In this document: piece after piece, positions 30,979 through 32,000 of the stretch
Position numbering within the stretch: position 1 is the stretch's first letter
How the letters are laid out: each line of letters begins with the position of its first letter
Assembly (NCBI GenBank): GCA_037444445.1
Contig: JBBIMK010000008.1
Location: 1-32,000, forward strand
DNA from: a bacterium
Lineage (GTDB): Bacteria; UBP7; UBA6624; JBBIMK01
Reading direction: 5' to 3'
Length of the DNA: 32,000 nt
The notes under the pieces: model-generated
What the model saw: the letters and a program-made list of their open reading frames with translations, nothing else
Told to the model about the DNA's origin: nothing
The model's database searches: none
Made by a program: the position numbers and the translations under genes

Positions 30979-32000
30979 AAAAATTGGCGGAGGTATATCA
31001 GTTCCTCTTCGTCCAGTTGCTTTCGGGTTTCTTCGTTCTGAAGTTTTACCCTCCATTTTTGCTTTACATCTTCGGGTATTTTTCCGCTCACCTCAGCCTC
31101 TTTCAGTTTATCACGAAGGCTTTGAATGCGTCCGTCCCTTAACGACATCTCTTTTCTCTTTTCCTCCAGTCTCTTTTCTATCACCGCTCTGTCGGGCTTT
31201 TCAAAATAGTATCGTATAAATTGGGGTGGAGCACTTACGGGGTCATATCTCACCGTCAGATGAACCGTCTCAGGCCAGGGCGGAGAAACTCCCGAAAGAA
31301 AAGTTGTTTTTGACAGAGCCGGCACTAATTCCAGCAACTCAGGGGGAAGGGACACCTGCCAGACCTCTATAATTTCCTCTACAGCCCTGCCCGTAATTTT
31401 CTTAAATTTTCGTATTGCTCTGACAGACTCTTCAAAAGCCTGAAATAGTGCCAGAGCTCGCTTATTGGCTTGCTCATCCAGCAAGGGTTCAGGATGCTTC
31501 CATGTGGAAGTAATGAGGGAGGATGGAGAATCACGGAAGAAAGTCCATATCTTCTCCGTGATGAAAGGAGCGAAGGGGTGGAGAAGTTGGAGGAGATAGC
31601 GAAGGACTTTCACGGAAATATGGAGGACAACGCGCCTTTTTTCCGGGTTGCTGGAGTAATATCTCACCTTTACCGCTTCCAGATACCAGTCGCAGAATTC
31701 CCCCCAGATGAAGTCATAGAGCAAGTGGGTAACACCCTGGAAGTCATAGAGAGCCATTTTTTGTTGAACTTCCGAAGAGACCTGGCAAAGCCTCGTCCAT
31801 ATCCATCGGTCTATCCATTCGTATTCCACCTGCGGGATATACTGACCATCCACGAAATCTGGGGGGAGGTTCAGGAGAATCAGGCGAGAGGCGTTCCAGA
31901 GTTTATTTAAGAATCTCCGGGCACCCTCCAGTTTGTCCTCGCTGAGTAGAATATCCTGCCCCTCGGAAATGGTATAGGCGAAGGCAAAGCGAAGGGAATC
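30975..32000 (-). CDS. valS: Valine--tRNA ligase, C-terminal part (5' end lies beyond the right edge)
   Basis: I translated the frame by hand and it stays open to position 32000: ..FAFAYTISEGQDILLSEDKLEGARRFLNKLWNASRLILLN.., then WIWTRL...YDFIWGEFCDWYLE, and a C-terminal coiled coil. Confidence 0.95.
   Translation of the reverse strand, partial: DSLRFAFAYTISEGQDILLSEDKLEGARRFLNKLWNASRLILLNLPPDFVDGQYIPQVEYEWIDRWIWTRLCQVSSEVQQKMALYDFQGVTHLLYDFIWGEFCDWYLEAVKVRYYSSNPEKRRVVLHISVKVLRYLLQLLHPFAPFITEKIWTFFRDSPSSLITSTWKHPEPLLDEQANKRALALFQAFEESVRAIRKFKKITGRAVEEIIEVWQVSLPPELLELVPALSKTTFLSGVSPPWPETVHLTVRYDPVSAPPQFIRYYFEKPDRAVIEKRLEEKRKEMSLRDGRIQSLRDKLKEAEVSGKIPEDVKQKWRVKLQNEETRKQLDEEELIYLRQFL

Noticed and set aside
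31470-31910. 146-aa plus-strand ORF.
   Set aside because: It is antisense to valS, whose frame is open and clearly ValS-like through position 32000.

Overview
Gene-dense bacterial chromosomal window of roughly 50% GC by eye. It has about 33 credible protein genes and 2 tRNA genes. I saw no rRNA, transposase, integrase, phage or cas genes, and no CRISPR array. I cannot place the organism from this sequence alone.

Recognisable housekeeping genes: cysS, valS (3' part, runs off the right edge), folC, tgt, mutY, lspA, a TatD-family hydrolase, an isolated sdhB/frdB-type Fe-S subunit, tRNA(CAT) and tRNA-Val(TAC).

The rest is mostly envelope or secreted functions:
- a membrane-anchored esterase+sulfatase fusion
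- a TPR plus tandem-retropepsin protease
- a same-strand run of DsbA, VKOR, a 1000-aa Ig/PKD/FN3/FG-GAP/ASPIC lipoprotein, and an Ig/PKD/TlpA-thioredoxin lipoprotein
- an orphan LuxE-like/LuxC-like pair with no luciferase genes in this window

Items most worth follow-up:
1. A full-length glutamyl-tRNA-synthetase-like protein in which both class-I signature motifs (HIGH and KMSKS) are replaced. It shares a 4-nt ATGA overlap with cysS and lies downstream of two tRNAs and a zinc-ribbon coiled-coil gene.
2. Two adjacent lipoproteins that share an Ig-like+PKD stalk. One ends in a Cys-containing 7-blade propeller and the other in a thioredoxin fold, and they sit directly downstream of DsbA-VKOR.
3. 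The luxE/luxC-like pair.

Smaller oddities: a perfect 29-nt direct repeat flanking a GC hairpin and T9 tract at 121-230; an orphan intrinsic terminator 140 nt after lspA; pervasive 4-nt start/stop overlaps using TTG/GTG starts; and convergent genes with overlapping stop codons.

All family calls come from motif and pattern recognition on the supplied translations. No database search was possible.
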